In this document: positions 1 to 14,345 of the stretch, in pieces
Position numbering within the stretch: the stretch's first letter is position 1
How the letters are laid out: every line of letters starts with the position of its first letter
Assembly (NCBI GenBank): GCA_964016885.1
Contig: OZ024762.1
Span: forward strand, 13,206,001 to 13,270,000
Reading direction: 5' to 3'
From: Eledone cirrhosa
Taxonomy: Eukaryota
DNA: 64,000 bases
Notes under the pieces: model-generated
Databases searched by the model: none
What the model saw: the letters and a program-made list of their open reading frames with translations, nothing else
What the model was told of the DNA's origin: nothing
Made by a program: the position numbers and the translations under genes

Positions 1-489
1 CCAAAAATCCCACCAAAACCCCCCACCAAAAAACCCCACCAAAAAATCCTAACACACAAATGATATATTTGTGTTTTAAATATTCGTTTGTTTTCTTTTG
101 TTTTTAACAAATATATTTCCCTAATCGATACAATAGCTACATTTCCCTAATCGATAAAATAGCTACATTATGTACACAAATTTTCATTTCTCTTTTTTGT
201 TTTATTAGGAATTCATTAGTTCTGAAATATTTTGCAGGTAAAAACCAAAAAAAAAAAAAAAAAGGGCCACTGAAAAACATTACATAAACAGCTCGAAAAA
301 TAGCTTTCGGCGGGAAAGAAAATCTATTTATTTCTGGCAGAAAGCCAGTGGTTGTTTGACAAGACAAGTAACAAACTATCATTTCATTGGTTGACAGGAT
401 GAGAGATAGGTAGGGCATATGACACTCACACACATACATACATATACAGGTGTGTGTGTGTATGTAGTGTGTATATTCATTTATATATA

Positions 490-524
<35 letters not shown>

Positions 525-753
525 GTATATAGACATATAGACACTCACATAAACATATATATATATATATATACACACACTCACATAAACATATATATAT
601 ATATACATATTTAAAAGTTAAACAGGGTTCAATGAATACATCAAAGAATGAGTTTTACAATAGATTGGAAGCACTCAACATAATTTGGTTTTCCAGAGTT
701 ATTAATATTAATTCAAAATATTAACAAAATAGGTATTCTTGTGATCAAGTATA

Positions 754-816
754 TTTTATTATACATATTTCAGAGGTACTGAGTTAAGTTCAACAGTACG
801 ACCTCATCAGATAAAA
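754..816 (-). ncRNA. Type I hammerhead ribozyme (left arm)
   Basis: Reverse complement of 921-983, core intact. Confidence 0.8.
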
Positions 817-920
817 TAAGATGATGCATGACATACCCTGACATAGTAGATGGTTAAGATTCAGTTATGGTAGACTACCATGACTGATTCTTATGTCAGG
901 GTATGTCATGCATCATCTTA

Positions 921-983
921 TTTTATCTGATGAGGTCGTACTGTTGAACTTAACTCAGTACCTCTGAAATATGTATAATAAAA
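921..983 (+). ncRNA. Type I hammerhead ribozyme
   Basis: TTTTAT-CTGATGA-GGTCGTACTG..CAGTACCTCT-GAAA-TATGTA-TA-ATAAAA; stem I TTTTAT/ATAAAA. Confidence 0.85.
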
Positions 984-1074
984 TATACTTGATCACAAGA
1001 ATATCTATTTTGTTAATATTTTGAATTAATATATATATACATATATATATACACAAACACACACGCACACACAT

Positions 1075-1109
<35 letters not shown>

Positions 1110-1561
1110 CATATATGTACGCACATAAACATATATATATATATAGATTTTTGTTTTTAGAATCCAAATTCAATAAACAGACCAGGATTTTTTCATTCTG
1201 AGGATTGAAAGCAAAATCTTTTGCTTTTAAGAAACCACTGGTAAATGGAATAATTGCCTTATGTTGTTTATTACATAACTATATATATATAAATACAGAT
1301 ATATATATATATACACACACACATTCACCTACACCTTTCCACAGGAAGAGAGATGGAGAGATCAAGAGAGAGAGAGAGAGGGATCGAAAGAGAGAGAAAG
1401 AAATGAGGTGCAACAGAAATGAAACTTGGATTACATGTTAAAATATAATCTAGATAGATGTGAAACAAAACGAGGATGGAGTTTATGGAACACCCAAATG
1501 ATTTAGAAGTTGACCTTAAGTAGGGACAATAACATTAAGAAAGACATGAACAACACCACAG

Positions 1562-1851
1562 CACTTTGTTTTGAACATTTTCATACGATTCTCGTAGTTG
1601 TCTCTGTGGCCTAGCGGTAGGTATTAGAGACGGTGGAGATCCTGGTTTTGGGTTCAATCCTGGTCAAGAGGTACATGTAGTCACTTTTCAGTTTTTATTT
1701 TACAACACAGAAAAAAGTGAAAAGGTTTACCGGGAACCCTTCCCCCGACCAGGACCACAAGAGTCTATGATTCTTCCAACTAGGCCACCGAGACAGCTAC
1801 AAAAGTATAATGAAGATTAATAATTATAAACCTACTTTCAAAATCAAAGTT
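1562..1851. mobile_element. Imperfect inverted-repeat element containing two opposed tRNA-like heads
   Basis: GTAGTTGTCTCTGTGGCCTAGCGG..GGTTCAATCCTGGTC (+, ~1594-1664) mirrored by GACCAGGA..CTAGGCCACCGAGACAGCTAC (~1747-1800); outer ACTTTGTTTTTGAA / TTCAAAATCAAAGT. Confidence 0.5.
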
Positions 1852-1947
1852 AAAAAGTATACTGAAAGTATATGATTGCACTCTTTTGTTTCCACTTATG
1901 TATTTTTCGAAAATGTTATTTATTCATTATAAAAATTAAATGATAGA

Positions 1948-2063
1948 ATTCTATATGTAGGTGGGCCCCCTTCATTCTATATGCAGGTGGGCCCCCTTCA
2001 TTCTATATGTAGGTGGGCCCCCTTCAGCTCCTGGCAACCAATACTTTTAGACCCAGTCCACCA

Positions 2064-2066
<3 letters not shown>
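1948..2066 (-). mobile_element. Probable hAT-type MITE end with 3x 26-bp tandem ATTCTATATGTAGGTGGGCCCCCTTC
   Basis: Minus strand begins CAGTGGTGGACTGGG with a subterminal GGGCCC; the tandem repeat is directly visible, the hAT call is by resemblance. Confidence 0.4.
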
Positions 2067-2148
<82 letters not shown>

Positions 2149-2189
2149 CATATATATATACATATATATATACATATATATATATATAC

Positions 2190-2228
<39 letters not shown>

Positions 2229-2425
2229 CATATATATATATACATACATATATATATATATATATATACATACATATATATATATATATATATACATACA
2301 TATATATATATATATACATACATATATATATATATATACATACATATATATATATATATACATACATACATATATATATATACATACATACATATACATA
2401 TATACATACATATACACATATATAT

Positions 2426-2456
<31 letters not shown>

Positions 2457-2595
2457 CATACATATACATAAACATATATATATATACATATATACATATA
2501 TATACATATACATACATACATATACATATATATATATATACATACATACATATACATATATATATATATATATATACATACATACACACACACAC

Positions 2596-2661
<66 letters not shown>

Positions 2662-2696
2662 AACATATATATATATACATATATACATATATATAC

Positions 2697-2765
<69 letters not shown>
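2067..2765. repeat. (TA)n/(TACA)n microsatellite, representative of dozens in the window
   Basis: Direct reading. Confidence 0.95.
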
Positions 2766-2933
2766 GTTTAGAATAAATCGTCTTCGAATAAGAAAACAGA
2801 TACTGGTATGTGAAGAAGTTATTACGGCTCAAAATATAAGATTTATTTATTACAGTAAACTACTCAGAAGGCTTCATACAATTCTACTTGTATATAATAG
2901 AATATAATGTAATCAAGTCTTTGGTCTTCTTTT

Positions 2934-3017
<84 letters not shown>

Positions 3018-3019
3018 GA

Positions 3020-3173
3020 TTCTCACCGTCCTAAACCTGCCGGTTTAGTTCGGATCTAGCTGTCGAAACAGCCAGAGCTCAGCCGTCGGGGTCCTGACTC
3101 TTTTCCTATTACCCTAAGTATTGAGTACTCTGGTGCATTATGGTCCACCAGATTCATTACCATACTTTCTTTG

Positions 3174-3175
<2 letters not shown>
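3020..3175 (+). mobile_element. PLE terminal fragment (family C): HHR 3' half plus tail
   Basis: GTCGAAACAGCCAGAGCTCAGCCGTCGGGG then TTACCCTAAGTATTGAGTACTCTGGTGC, homologous to 22930, 26570 and 52561. Confidence 0.7.
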
Positions 3176-3243
<68 letters not shown>

Positions 3244-3670
3244 AGACTCTCTTTCTGCCATTTCAAGCGTTAAACTAATATATTTCTTCTCTATATTGTG
3301 CCGTTTGTTTCGTTATATTTATATATATATATAGGTGTGTGTGTGTGTGTGTGTGTTTGAGTGTGTAAATCATGTAAGGTTTTGTAGACGTGTACAGTCC
3401 ATTACATCAAGTATAAGTGTGTGAGTGTATGTGTGTATGTGTATATATATATATGTGTGCGCGTGTGAATGTTTATATATATATGTGTGTGTGTGTATGT
3501 GTTTGTGTATATGTATAAGTGTATATATGTGTGTGTGTGTGTGTGTCTACATGTGAATGTGTATGTGTGTAAAACATATGTAAAGGTTTGTAGTGAAGTA
3601 GTACAGTCCTTTACACCAAAACTTCCTACCCCCAGTATATGACTGGTTGTACTTTATTTTATCGACCCTG

Positions 3671-3705
<35 letters not shown>

Positions 3706-4429
3706 CGTAGTAGTGGTGGCAGTAGTAGTAGTAGTGGTGGTGGTAATAGTAGTTAGTACTGGTGTTAGTAGTAGTAGTAGTAGTAGTGTAGCGGTGGTGG
3801 TCATAGTATAAGTAGTAGTGGTGGTGATGGTAGTAGTAGTAGTAGTGGTGGTGGTAGTGGTAGTGGTAGTAGTGGTGGTGGTAGTAGTCGTAGTAGTAGT
3901 AGTAGTGGTGGTTGTAAAAACTAAAATGCAAAGACTGCGCCAAGCATAATTAATGTAAAAGAAACATACCACCACCACCACCACTACCACCACCACCACT
4001 ACTACTACCACTACTACTACCACCACCACCATACCACCAGCAACATAACACCCCCACCATACTACAACCATACTAGCATCATACCACCACGGCCATACCA
4101 CCACCATCACATCACAACCACGACCCCCCCGTACCCCAACCACCCCCACCACCACGAACATACCACCACCATACCACCCGACCACCACCACCACACCTCA
4201 CCACCACCAGTTCAATAAAAGCAGGTGATTCCATTATGTGAAAATCGATATCTTCTTCACTGAAAGGTTTTTCCTGTTTCCCCACCACCACCACACCACC
4301 ACCAACACCACAACCACCACCAGCACCATATCTACCACCACCATCACCACCATCGCCACCACCATATCCACCCCTTTCCTGCTCATCTACCCCACCCTCC
4401 CCCATATATCCTACACACTTTTTATCACT

Positions 4430-4463
<34 letters not shown>

Positions 4464-4532
4464 CCACGTTTTTTCCCTCTTTTTCTCACTCCCTCCCTTT
4501 CCTCTACTCTCTCACGCTCTTTTTCTTTTTCA

Positions 4533-4559
<27 letters not shown>

Positions 4560-4575
<16 letters not shown>

Positions 4576-4584
4576 GTTCCCCCC

Positions 4585-4616
<32 letters not shown>

Positions 4617-4690
4617 TCCCCTCTCTCTCTCTATATATATATATGTTCCTCTCTTTCTATCTCTCTCTCTCTATATATATATATGTTCCC

Positions 4691-4724
<34 letters not shown>

Positions 4725-4928
4725 GTTCCCCCCCTCTCTCTCTCTCTATATATATATATATGTTCCCCTCTCTCTCTCTCTGTATATATGTTCCTCTCTC
4801 TCTATATATATATATATATATGTTCCCCCCCTCTCTCTCTCTCTATATATATATATATGTTCCCCTCTCTCTCTCTCTGTATATATGTTCCTCTCTCTCT
4901 ATCTCTCTCTCTATATATATATGTTCCC

Positions 4929-4968
<40 letters not shown>

Positions 4969-5140
4969 GTTCCCCTCTCTCTCTCTCTCTATATATATAT
5001 ATGTTCCCCTCTCTCTCTATATATATATATGTTCCCCTCTCTCTCTATATATATATATGTTCCTCTCTCTCTATCTCTCTCTCTCTATATATATATATAT
5101 GTTCCTCTCTCTCTATCTCTCTCTCTATATATATATATCT
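4560..5140. repeat. Compound tandem repeat (TA)n-TGTTCCC-(CT)n
   Basis: Repeated TATATGTTCCCCTCTCTC junction. Confidence 0.85.
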
Positions 5141-5499
5141 ATCTGTCTCTCTATCTTTTCTAATGCAACCCCCCCCCCCACTACAATTGACATCTCTGCA
5201 TTTCCTTTCATCCGATTCGTCGTCATTAGCGTCATCGTCATCAACATCATCATCCTCACCTCGTCAGCATCACCATCATCATCACAATCACCTCGTCCTC
5301 ATCATCACCCCTACCACCATCATCATCACCATATCATCCTCAACTCGTCATCACAATCATCATCATCATCTTCACTATCACCACCATCACCTCGTCATCA
5401 TCATCATCATCATTTTAATCTCCACCATCATCATTTTAATCTCCACCATCATCATCATCATCATCATCATCACAATCATCACCAACAAGCTAAAAAATC

Positions 5500-5890
5500 C
5501 ATCCAACCATCCCACCAGTCAACTATTCCACCATCAAACCATCAAAACCATTTAACCATACCACCATCCATCTACACAACCAATCACCATACCATAGTCC
5601 AACCATCCAACCATCTAACCATCCAACCATCTCACCATCCAACCATCTCACCATCCAACCATCTAACCATCCAACCATCCAACCATCTCACCATCCAACC
5701 ATCTCACCATCCAACCATCTCACCATCCAACCATCTCACCATCCAACCATCTAACCATCCAACCATCTAACTATCCAACCATCCAACCATCTCACCATCC
5801 AACCATCTCACCATCCAACCATTTAACCATCCAACCATCTCACCATCCAACCATCTCACCATCCAACCAGTCAACCATCAAACCATCCCA
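5500..5890. repeat. (CCATCCAA/CCATCTCA)n 8-bp minisatellite
   Basis: Direct reading. Confidence 0.85.
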
Positions 5891-6698
5891 TGATTCAACC
5901 AACCAGCTATCCCACAATTCAATTCACCTCCCACTCCCTCGCTTCACGCATGCCTTCTACACACACGCGGCTTTCATAATCAACCACACCCAACACCACC
6001 ACCACCACTACCACCTCACATCTCCGCCACCACATCACATCTCCGCCACCACATTACCACATCTCCGCCACACCCAACATCACCACCACATCATCTCCAC
6101 CACCACCACCACACCACATCTCCACCACTAACTCACAACACCATCTCCACCACTAACTCACAACACCATCTCCACCACACCCAACACCATCACCACCACC
6201 ACCACCTCACATCTCCGCCACCACATCACATCTCCACCACCACACTCAACACCACCATTACATCAAGCCACACCCATCTCCATCGCCACACCCATCGCTG
6301 CCATCACATCACATCAGACACCACCATCTGCAGCACCACCACATCACCTTACAACCCAACCACCACCACTATACTTAACAACACCGCTACATAACATCAC
6401 AACCACCACACCACACACCACCACCTCCACACTTAACGTCACAACCACCACTACATCCATCTCCACTACATCACAACCATGGCACACCACCACCACCAGC
6501 ACCCCACCACGCTTAACACCCCTGCCAACACAACATCCCAACCACCACTACACCCACCACCACCACCACCACCACCACCACTACGTTTAACACCCCTGCT
6601 AACACAACATCCCAACCACCACCACACGCATCTCCGCCATCACAACCATGCTCATTGAAATTATGTTACTGCGCATTATGTTGTTACATAACCTATCA

Positions 6699-6731
<33 letters not shown>

Positions 6732-7774
6732 CCCTTATCTGTCTGTCTATCTTTCTATCTGTCTCTCAATCTCTCATAAAGAGTGAGAAAGAAGAAGTAG
6801 AATACCCTAGGGTACTCTCTACCCTTCTTAACCCCATCCAAGCAACCTCTCCTCCTCTCCTCCCTCCCGTCTCTACCCTCAGGTACTCTCTTCACCCTCC
6901 CAACCCAGCGAACCTCTTCTCTCCTCTCCTCTACACATCTTCCTACACTTTCTCTCACTCGCCATCTCCCACCACCTCTCTCTACCCTCGGGTACTCTCT
7001 CTCTCTCTCTCTGCACCGTTCTCATAAACCAACCTCTATCACCCTTCTCTTCTCGTTTCACCACCACCCAACCATCCAACCAACCAAACAACCTTCTCCC
7101 TCATCTGTCACGCGTCACCCCTCCATCGCTACCCCACACACCCACTCGCCCACCAAAAATTTTCCTCTCCTCTCATATAACTCCTCTCCCATTCACCCCA
7201 CACTATCACCCTCACCCCCATTCAAGCCCCTCTGACCACCCCCTCTCACCACCACCCTCTCTCTAGTCCAGTTCCATAGTTTCAGTCAAGTCACATCACT
7301 TCATCAGTGATTAGAACAAATTATTTCCCAATATTTCGAGCAGTAAAATTGGTGTGAATATAAAGACTAGGGTATGTGTGAAGTTGTATGGTGTGGTGGT
7401 GTGGTGTATGGTGTGGTGGTGTGGCGTGGTGGTGTGTGGTGGTGTGGTGTGGTGGTGTGGTGTAGTGTGGTGTTGTGGTGTGGTGTGGTGGTGTGTTGTG
7501 GTGTGGTGGTGTGTTGTGGTGAGGTGTGGTGTAGTGTAGTGTGGTGGTGTGGTGTGTATGTGTTTGTGTAGGTGTTTGTGTTGGTGTAAAAGTGTAGTGT
7601 GTGTGCGTGTAGATGTGTTTGTGTGTGTCAGTGTGTAAATAGTGTGTATGGTGGTGTGGTTTGTAAGTAGTGTGGTGTGGTGTGTGTGTGTGTAGGTGTA
7701 GGTGCTTGTGTGTGTAGGTTACATTATCTTCACCAACATCATTATAACTATCATTCATTAGTATTAGTAGTTAG

Positions 7775-7897
7775 TTTTTCTTTTCATCATTACGGGGTCG
7801 ATAAAGTAAAGTACCAGTCACGCACTGGGGTCGATTTAATCGACTTCCCCCTCCCCCAAGGTTGTTGGCCTTGTGCCTATATAAGAAACCATTATTA
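7775..7897 (+). mobile_element. SINE 3' part (Meta/MESC-like central domain)
   Basis: CTTTTCATCATTACGGGGTCGATAAAGTAAAGTACCAG..GGCCTTGTGCC, matches the fuller copy at 55028. Confidence 0.75.
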
Positions 7898-7965
<68 letters not shown>

Positions 7966-7970
7966 CATAC

Positions 7971-8100
<130 letters not shown>

Positions 8101-8232
8101 GTAAAGTTATATTTAAAATTGTTGGGTTACAACTAGTAAATATTTATAACTGATATAAAAGCACTCGACAAATATTTGGAGTATATTTACAATATTAAAT
8201 AAATGGAAAACTATATTTATAAAACCATATTT

Positions 8233-8296
8233 ATTTCATTATATATATTTCGTGGATATCATATTAACAATATGCTATGCCTTCATCAGACAAAAT
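8233..8296 (-). ncRNA. Type I hammerhead ribozyme (left arm)
   Basis: Reverse complement of 8471-8534, core intact. Confidence 0.75.
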
Positions 8297-8470
8297 ACAA
8301 TATAAACAGTTTTATAGATAAATATATTCGACATACCGTAATAAACATCAACTTCATTTGAAGAGGTTTACTCTAGCAGTGTAAACTCTGCTAGAGTAAA
8401 CCTCTTCAAATGAAGTTGATGTTTATTACGGTATGTCGAATATATTTATCTATAAAACTGTTTATATTGT

Positions 8471-8534
8471 ATTTTGTCTGATGAAGGCATAGCATATTGT
8501 TAATATGATATCCCCGAAATATATATAATGAAAT
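8471..8534 (+). ncRNA. Type I hammerhead ribozyme
   Basis: ATTTTGT-CTGATGA-AGGCATAGCATATT..AATATGATATCCCC-GAAA-TATATA-TA-ATGAAAT. Confidence 0.75.
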
Positions 8535-8736
8535 AAATATGGTTTTATAAATATAGTTTTCCATTTATTTAATATTGTATATATATATATATATATATTT
8601 ATTTAAAAGAATAGAGGTGTAACACACAAGTTATGATTAGAGCAAACATCACGGACGCTCTATCTCAAAATTATTTTTGAAAAGCATTAGAAATGCGCAA
8701 CCATTTTATCTGTTACATACATTTATTATATTTCGC

Positions 8737-8794
8737 ATACCTGATGACATCACCGGATTCATACAGAAGCCGGTCATTGAAATGATCATAGTAT
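8737..8794 (+). ncRNA. Type I hammerhead ribozyme (family D) followed by AATAAA
   Basis: ATAC-CTGATGA-CATCACCGG..CCGGTCATT-GAAA-TGATCA-TA-GTAT; palindromic stem III. Confidence 0.8.
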
Positions 8795-8860
8795 AATAAA
8801 CCTTTCAAGGATTTACACAAGTTCAGCCTCCTGTTATTTTATTACATATATATGTATATA

Positions 8861-8951
<91 letters not shown>

Positions 8952-8973
8952 GTGTATATATATATATATATAC

Positions 8974-9027
<54 letters not shown>

Positions 9028-9077
9028 AACAGGTTGTGTCTCCCACTAGAGAAATCCTTTTAAAAATTCTATTTCTA

Positions 9078-9260
9078 CTCGCGATTAATCCCGCTGAGGT
9101 TAACTTTGCCTTTCATCATTACAGGGTCGATAAATAAAGTACCAGTAACGGGGTCGATTTAAAGTACCAGTAACTGGGGTCGATTTAATCAACTTTACAC
9201 CTACATCCCCTTTCTCCCAAATTGTTGATCGTGTGCTTGAATCAGCCACCCATATTATTA
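9078..9260 (+). mobile_element. SINE fragment (Meta/MESC-like) with small internal duplication
   Basis: AATCCCGCTGAGGTTAACTTTGCCTTTCATCATTACAGGGTCGATAAATAAAGTACCAG. Confidence 0.75.
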
Positions 9261-9385
9261 ATTTATATATATTTATATATATATTTATATATATATATTT
9301 ATATATATATATTTATATATATATTTATATATCTATATTTATATATATTTATATATCTATATTTATATATATATCTATATATATT

Positions 9386-9468
<83 letters not shown>

Positions 9469-9657
9469 TTATATATATATTTATATATATATATTTATAT
9501 ATATATATTTATATATATATTTATATATATTTACATATATATATATATATATATATGTATTTATATATATATTTATATATATATTTATATATATTTATAT
9601 ATATATTTATATATATTTATATATATATATATTTATATATATATTTATATATATATT

Positions 9658-9688
<31 letters not shown>

Positions 9689-10160
9689 TTATATATATTT
9701 ATATATATATTTACATATATATTTATATATATTTATTTATATATATATTTACATATATATTTCTATATATTTCTACATATATTTCTATATATATTTACAT
9801 ATATATTTCTATATATTTCTATATATATTTATATATATATTTACTTATATATTTCTATATATATTTCTATATATATTTATATATATATTTACATATATAT
9901 TTATATATATATATTTATAAATATATTTTATATATATATTTCTATATATATATTTTTTCAAGAAGAAGCTGTGTTTCCTCCTAAAGAAATCCCTTTATAT
10001 AACTCCACTTAAATTCTATATCTACCAGCGATTATCTGTTATAAGTATTTGTTGAAATACAATTACAATGGTCTTTTATCTCATTTATCGTTCCATTGTA
10101 ATCCCCCCATATACCTTTCACCGTCAAATATTTTATTTATATAAAGACACACATTATCTA

Positions 10161-10278
<118 letters not shown>

Positions 10279-10334
10279 GTATGTATACATATATGAGTGT
10301 GTGTCTATATTTTAAATCTACACAACATAAATGG

Positions 10335-10368
<34 letters not shown>

Positions 10369-10376
10369 AGTATATA

Positions 10377-10432
<56 letters not shown>

Positions 10433-10493
10433 TATATTATGCATGTGTATATAATATATGCATAATAAACGTATATCTATGATTATATCAATG

Positions 10494-10529
<36 letters not shown>

Positions 10530-10567
10530 AATGCATTCATAAATAAACGTACATGTTTGTTATATTC

Positions 10568-10632
<65 letters not shown>

Positions 10633-10643
10633 TACATCTATAA

Positions 10644-10691
<48 letters not shown>

Positions 10692-10895
10692 ATACATATG
10701 TATATATACATATATTTATACAGGCATGTATGTATATATGTGTGTATATATCTGTGTATATAATAAATACATCCTCTATTTTTTACGCAGCTTCCATGGA
10801 ACGTGTCATAAAGTTTATTTTCGCATTGCCTAATTTACTGGAAAGATTCCTGGAATAATTTTTTAAAATAGTAGTTTATATACACACATATATAC

Positions 10896-10946
<51 letters not shown>

Positions 10947-11029
10947 CCCATATATATAGAGAGATACAAATACATATAAATATATAGATATATACATATA
11001 TAGATACACATACATATACATATTTAGAT

Positions 11030-11088
<59 letters not shown>

Positions 11089-11253
11089 CATAAATATACA
11101 TACCCATATTCACAGCCATATATATATATATATATGTACATACATACACACACACACACACATATATATATATACATACATACAAACATATACATATATA
11201 CATACACATACACACAGCCATATAGACATCTATTATATATACTATATATATAC

Positions 11254-11326
<73 letters not shown>

Positions 11327-11419
11327 CCTATATAGACAGCCATATATTATATATATATATATTCAATATATACACATGCTCTCTCTCTCTCTCTCACACA
11401 CACACATATATATATATAT

Positions 11420-11516
<97 letters not shown>

Positions 11517-11636
11517 GTATTTTCCAACACGTTGTGCCTTCCGTATGACTTCCTGGCTGAAGGTTTTATATTTAGACTTTTTCTATTTCCTGCTTTTAGT
11601 TTTGTTTTCCACCGAATAAGGCATTTGGCTCCTCCT

Positions 11637-11689
<53 letters not shown>

Positions 11690-11768
11690 TGAGAGAGAGA
11701 GAGAGAGAGAGAGTATTATGTGTTTTTCTTAGATGAAAGTGGCGTGTATTCTGTACTTCCTGACACGG

Positions 11769-11800
<32 letters not shown>

Positions 11801-11859
11801 ATGTATAAGTATATACATATGTATATGTATAAGTATATACATATGTATATATATATATG

Positions 11860-11918
<59 letters not shown>

Positions 11919-12078
11919 TTATGTATAACATATATATATTATATGTATGTATAACATATATATTATATATATATTATATATATTTATTTATATGAAATAT
12001 ATATATATATATAATATATATATAAAATATTTTTTCACACGCCTATATATTTATACGTATATATACAAATACATCCAC

Positions 12079-12121
<43 letters not shown>

Positions 12122-12689
12122 CACATACACAGACACACATATATATATATATATTTGTGTGTGTTTGTGTGTCATCGATTAATTTCTAGCCTATTGTTTC
12201 TGACAAAAACATACAGACACACTCACACACACACACACACACAAACAGTCACAAATACACACACACAAACAGACACAAATACACACACACTGAACGACAA
12301 ACACTCACACATTGCCACTTTATCCCAAACCACCTTTGAACAGAAACAGCAGGGAAGAGATTTCCAACAAGAGATGTAACAAGAACGAAGCTATCACACT
12401 GCAGGGATTTAACACCATGGGGTCGCTTTTTAGTTAAAAAAGAATTCCCGTTCGCAACATCAGGTAGAATTGTACTGATGACTCCTCTAATAGAATCGAA
12501 ACAATAGCTACACGATAGAGACAGAGGCTATAAAACAACACACAACATAAAACAAGACTGTAGGCAGAGAGAATATCAACTGAGAGAATAGCAACGATGG
12601 AATGAATTGAATTGAACTGTATAGTGTTGATATTACATTGATAATAGATAGCAAAACGTTAAATCGTTGTTATTGATAATGATAAAAAA

Positions 12690-13975
12690 ATGATAATTCC
12701 AGCTTTTATAATATATATCGTTAGCGGAAGATATAAGGTAGTTTTTGTGTTGGTATCGACATAATTCCAGATTTGATAATAAATATCGTTAGCGGAAGAT
12801 ATAAGGTAGTTTTTGTGTTGATATCGACATAATTCCAGATTTGATAATAAATATCGTTAGCGGAAGATATAAGGTAGTTTTTGTGTTGGTATCAACATTA
12901 TTCCAGATTTGATAATAAATATCGTTAGCGGAAGATATAAGGTAGTTTCTGTGTTGGTATCGACATAATTCTAGATTTGATAATAAATATCGTTTGCGGA
13001 AGATATAAGGTAGTTTTTGTGTTGGTATCGACATAATTCCAGATTTGATAATAAATATCGTTAGCGGAAGATATAAAATAGTTTTTGTGTTGATATCAAC
13101 CAATTAACATCGTTGGTGATAAATAGCAGGAGTAGAGGATATAAGATAGCTTTGGTGTTGATATCAACATAATTCCGGTTTTGATAATATATATCGTTAG
13201 CGGAAGATATAAGGTAGTTTTTGTGTTGATATCAACGTAATTCCAACATTGATAATAAATATCGTTAGCGAATGATATAAGAGTGTTTTTGTGTTGATAT
13301 CAAGAAACTAACAGCGTTGATAATATACTGCAACAGTAGAGGATATAAGTTGTTGATATCAATATGATTTGATGTTGATATCAACATAATTCAAGCTTTG
13401 ATAATATAGATAATTAGCGGAGGATATAAGGTTGTTCTGATGTTGATATCAAGAAATGAATAGCGTTGGTGATAAATAGCAACAGTAGAGGATATAAGAT
13501 AGCTTCAATGTTGATATTAAAACATATTGGAATTGTTGGTGATGATAAACATCGATAGCGAACGATATAATATAACTTTGATGTTGATATTAACATATTG
13601 GCAGCGTTGGTAATATATAGCCACAGTAGAGGATATAGCATGGTTTTGGTGTTGATATCGTGATAATATACATCGTTAGCGAAGGATATAAGATGGCTTT
13701 GATGTTGATATCAACCTATTGGTAGCGTTAGAGGCGGTTATATCATGGTTTTGATGTTGATATCGTCATTATAATAGCGTTAGTGATAAATAGCAACAGT
13801 AAAGGATATAAGCATGGCATAGAGGTTGATACCAACATATTGTCAGCGTTGGTGACAGATAGCAACAACAGAAGATATCGCATACCTCTGATGTTGATAT
13901 CAATAGTATAATAGCGTTGTTGAAACATACCAAGAACAAAGCGTATAGCAAATGTTTGATGCTGGTATCAATAAA
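12690..13975. repeat. 68-bp minisatellite, homogeneous on the left and decaying to variant units on the right
   Basis: Unit ATAATTCCAGATTTGATAATAAATATCGTTAGCGGAAGATATAAGGTAGTTTTTGTGTTGGTATCGAC at 12761, 12829, etc. Confidence 0.9.
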
Positions 13976-14180
13976 TTAATGGCGGCGTGAAGTACCAGGT
14001 TCTGTCTGTCTGTCTGTCTGTCTGTCTGTAGATAATTACAACAATGACATAAACAGGTAGTCAAGTTTCGTTGGGCTCTGGGCCCCAATTCATTCAGCCT
14101 GTCATGAGAAAAATAAAAACAAAGATGGCCTCCTATGATTGATTGGGCTTTCCCTATTGGAGACCACAGTCAATTTAGGA

Positions 14181-14251
<71 letters not shown>

Positions 14252-14282
14252 ATGAAAAATATTCTCATAATCAAAATATATA

Positions 14283-14345
14283 CTTTATTATATATATTTC
14301 AGAGGTACTGTGTTGTTTTTTTCAGTACGTCCTCATCAGACAAAA
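14283..14345 (-). ncRNA. Type I hammerhead ribozyme (family A, solo arm)
   Basis: Minus strand TTTTGT-CTGATGA-GGACGTACTG..CAGTACCTCT-GAAA-TATATA-TA-ATAAAG. Confidence 0.8.

Larger units (their letters stand above)
612..1031. mobile_element. Fold-back PLE-derived cassette (family A): inverted arms ~706-873 / 875-1031 plus left-only tail
   Basis: Near-perfect inverted repeat centred at ~874 (GGTAG-A-CTACC), HHR on each arm, (TA)n on both sides. Confidence 0.8.
8101..8579. mobile_element. Fold-back PLE-derived cassette (family B)
   Basis: Inverted arms ~8188-8382 / 8386-8579, HHR on each arm, left-only tail 8101-8187; homologous to 22189-22805. Confidence 0.8.

Noticed and set aside
706-1031. 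Palindromes as assembly or sequencing artefacts
   Set aside because: Arms carry substitutions and indels, recur as families with a common asymmetric architecture, and coincide with HHR motifs.
4205-4282. Possible minus-strand micro-exon (KQEKPFSEEDIDFHIMESPAFIEL)
   Set aside because: No convincing polypyrimidine tract or donor site, and no recognisable homology.
4238-5770. 510-aa ORF
   Set aside because: Concatenated simple repeats (CT, TA, CAT, CCATCCAA).
12690-13975. CRISPR-like array
   Set aside because: Units repeat over their whole length with no unique spacers; eukaryotic context. The same applies to the arrays at 16620, 50045 and 61143.
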